Shown one piece after another: positions 32,435 through 34,523 of a DNA stretch of 34,523 nucleotides. Position numbers and translations under genes: made by a program. Where the stretch lies: positions 1 through 34,523 of the IMG/VR virus record IMGVR_UViG_3300017940_000127. The stretch is one strand, 5' to 3'. The stretch's first letter is position 1. Each line of letters begins with the position of its first letter. The DNA comes from a virus. Lineage: Duplodnaviria > Caudoviricetes. Below the pieces are notes generated by a model that ran no database searches, had not been told where the DNA came from, and saw only the letters and a program-made list of their open reading frames with translations.

Positions 32435-34523
32435 TGGGCAGCGCAGCGGTCCAACTCGCCCCGTGGGAAGAGGCGGCGCAGCAGACCCCTCCGTGGGAAG
32501 AGGCTGCACAGGCGCAGACCAAAGCCGCGCCATCTCCCTACCCTCCCGGCACTCCCCCTGCAGCCCAACCATTTAGCGACCAGGACGCCGCGCGGTTCAC
32601 GCGGCCAGCCGGAACATCTGTTCCTCCAACCTTTTACAACAGAACTCCAAATACACCTAGCACGCAAAGTGCTGCACAGCCTCCATCCCCTCCCGGATTC
32701 TGGTCTTCGGTCGTTAAACCTGCCGCATCTTCGTTCGCGCGCGCTGTTGGTTTGCCTGGCTCCGTCGAAGAAGCTGCGCAACAGCAGGAGCAGCGACAGG
32801 CTGAGTTGCGCGCCCATCCCGTAAAAGGCACCATCGAGGCTCTCGCCGGTCCCCCTGGACAATTTGCGGAGGGGCTGTACGCGGGCGCAAAGCGCATCAC
32901 CGGCGAGCTGAAAGAGGGAGGCGAGGCGCTCGCAGAGGGCCAGCCTGGCTTCGCGGCGGTCCATGCGGTCCAGGCGATCCCATTCGTCGGTGCGGGGATC
33001 CAGACCGGCGTTCAGCAACTCGGGCCGAACGAGCTGATAAACCCAGCGGAAGTTGGCACGGTCCTTGGCACAGCCGCCCAGGTTGCCCCCATGCTTTTGG
33101 GCGGAGGCGGTGAAGCCCGTCCAAAACTCAACCTCGGCGTTTACACCCCTCACGAGCCTCCGATGCTCCCGCTTCCCCCGGCAGAGCCTGAGTACGTGGG
33201 CGAGCCGGAAGCCCCTCCGCAGCCAGCAGGCATCCCTGACGCCGAGGTGACGCCGTGGGAGGAGGCTAAGCAGGCGCAACTGCCGGCCACGACATCGGCC
33301 GGACTCCGCCCGCCGCCGCCCGTCAACCGCGCCGAGGCCGTCGAGCGCACGACGCCGCCTCCGCAGTTCGCGCCGCGGCCAGCGCCGACCGCCGCTCGGG
33401 GAATGATCGTCGACCAGCAGGGGAATGTGCTCCCGGTGCGCCCCGGTCTGCCGCCGCCGGTTGAGACGGCCGGCCGGAAGACGCCGATCATCGCCAAGCC
33501 TGTCCCGCCGACCGTCCAGCCCGGGCCCGTCGCTCCAAGGTTGGCCACGCCCGCTGTGATGGCACCAGCGCCCGCGCAGGCTGTCCCTGTACAGGCCGCG
33601 CCCTCCCCGGCAGGCCAACCCACCATCCTGCAGCCGAACGCCCCACAGGGCCAGCCAGAGGCCCAGCGGCCTGTGGTTCAGGCAAGCACCGAACCGGCCG
33701 AGATCCGGCAATCGGCCGCGGAGCAGAAGCCGGTCCTCAAAGACATGGCCGAGACCGCCGTCGAGGGGATCCCCGGCGCCAAGGTCGAGGGGATGCGGGT
33801 CAAGGAGCCAGAGGCCGTCGAGAACAAGGAGGACCGCGGCAAGCCACCGGAGACCATCGTTGACCACCTCGGGGCTCGAGTCTCGGCTCCCACGCCAGAG
33901 GCGGTTGAGCAGATCAGGCAGAACATCGAGAGCCAGCTTCCGGTTCGAAGTGCCGACAAGATCGATTCGAACGGCGTGAATGCCGACCAATACGCCGTGC
34001 AGACCGGGATGCCGGGAGAGCCGAACCAGCAGTCTGAACTCCAGGTTGTGACCGCGCCGGTCGCCGAGGCCATGAAGGCCACGGACGACCTGTACGACCA
34101 GCAGAAGAAGGCGCTGGCGGCCGGGGACCAAGCCAAGGCCGATGAACTGGGCGCGCAGATCGCCGCCAAGATGCAGGACGCCCAACAGCCGGAGCTCCAG
34201 GGCCGCGCCGTGCTGGCCGAGTCGCCGGAGCAGACGCAGCTTGGCAACCCACCGCCCAAGGCGGGCGATACCGTCGCCTACCAGACCAACGGCGGGAAGA
34301 CGCGGAACGCGAAGGTCGTCCGGGTCGACGGCCAGGACGCCTACCTGCGCGACGGGTACGCGACGGTCAAGAAGCCGATCGCAAGCCTGAAACCGGCAGG
34401 CGCGCCCGCCGCCGCGCCAGTGCCGCAACCCGCCGCACCCGCGCCAGCAAAGGCCGCGCCCGTTGCGCGCGCCGCCGCCGCGCCGCCGCCGCCCGTCCAG
34501 CAGGGCCAGCCAGCGCCCGGCAC
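32434..34523 (+). CDS. Large internal/ejection (polyvalent-type) protein, 3'-truncated; contains RelA/SpoT-like and SH3-like domains
   Basis: TAATG coupling; frame appears open to the window end (absent from the track because it has no stop); PWEEA motifs; translated by hand. Confidence 0.75.
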   Translation, partial: MGSAAVQLAPWEEAAQQTPPWEEAAQAQTKAAPSPYPPGTPPAAQPFSDQDAARFTRPAGTSVPPTFYNRTPNTPSTQSAAQPPSPPGFWSSVVKPAASSFARAVGLPGSVEEAAQQQEQRQAELRAHPVKGTIEALAGPPGQFAEGLYAGAKRITGELKEGGEALAEGQPGFAAVHAVQAIPFVGAGIQTGVQQLGPNELINPAEVGTVLGTAAQVAPMLLGGGGEARPKLNLGVYTPHEPPMLPLPPAEPEYVGEPEAPPQPAGIPDAEVTPWEEAKQAQLPATTSAGLRPPPPVNRAEAVERTTPPPQFAPRPAPTAARGMIVDQQGNVLPVRPGLPPPVETAGRKTPIIAKPVPPTVQPGPVAPRLATPAVMAPAPAQAVPVQAAPSPAGQPTILQPNAPQGQPEAQRPVVQASTEPAEIRQSAAEQKPVLKDMAETAVEGIPGAKVEGMRVKEPEAVENKEDRGKPPETIVDHLGARVSAPTPEAVEQIRQNIESQLPVRSADKIDSNGVNADQYAVQTGMPGEPNQQSELQVVTAPVAEAMKATDDLYDQQKKALAAGDQAKADELGAQIAAKMQDAQQPELQGRAVLAESPEQTQLGNPPPKAGDTVAYQTNGGKTRNAKVVRVDGQDAYLRDGYATVKKPIASLKPAGAPAAAPVPQPAAPAPAKAAPVARAAAAPPPPVQQGQPAPG

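Noticed and set aside
32365-34428. 687-aa minus-strand ORF (similarly 20149-21615, 31277-32572, 16710-17777, 7710-8786)
   Set aside because: Antisense shadows of GC-rich + strand genes; Arg/Gly-rich, no motifs, no SD
1-34523. CRISPR array, tRNA genes, IS elements, att sites
   Set aside because: No regularly spaced repeats, cloverleaf with T-loop consensus, transposase or integrase seen

Overview
A 34.5 kb stretch of the late (structural and lysis) region of a GC-rich, podovirus-like tailed phage or prophage. Almost all real genes are on the + strand. The signal-peptide style suggests an Acidobacteriota-like diderm host (inference). Order: (1) 1-14.6 kb: fibre/tailspike-like proteins interleaved with lysis-type genes (holin-like proteins, a papain-like peptidase, a GH24 lysozyme, an RlpA-like transglycosylase). 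(2) 15-21.6 kb: KTSC protein, portal, scaffold-like protein and major capsid. (3) An antisense HNH endonuclease with a pseudoknot-capable leader. (4) 22.7-34.5 kb: adaptor, nozzle-like tail protein, GNAT-like protein and internal/ejection proteins, the last truncated by the window end. No terminase, integrase, tRNA, CRISPR array or reverse transcriptase was seen. Most striking: the complete fibre/tailspike-like proteins carry Sec signal peptides predicted to be cleaved before Gln and have paired cysteines, implying periplasmic, disulfide-dependent folding of phage appendages. Also notable: apparent ATC and ACG start codons on the adaptor and nozzle genes, and a degenerate RelA/SpoT-like domain in the giant ejection protein. 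All assignments come from reading motifs by eye; no database search was run.
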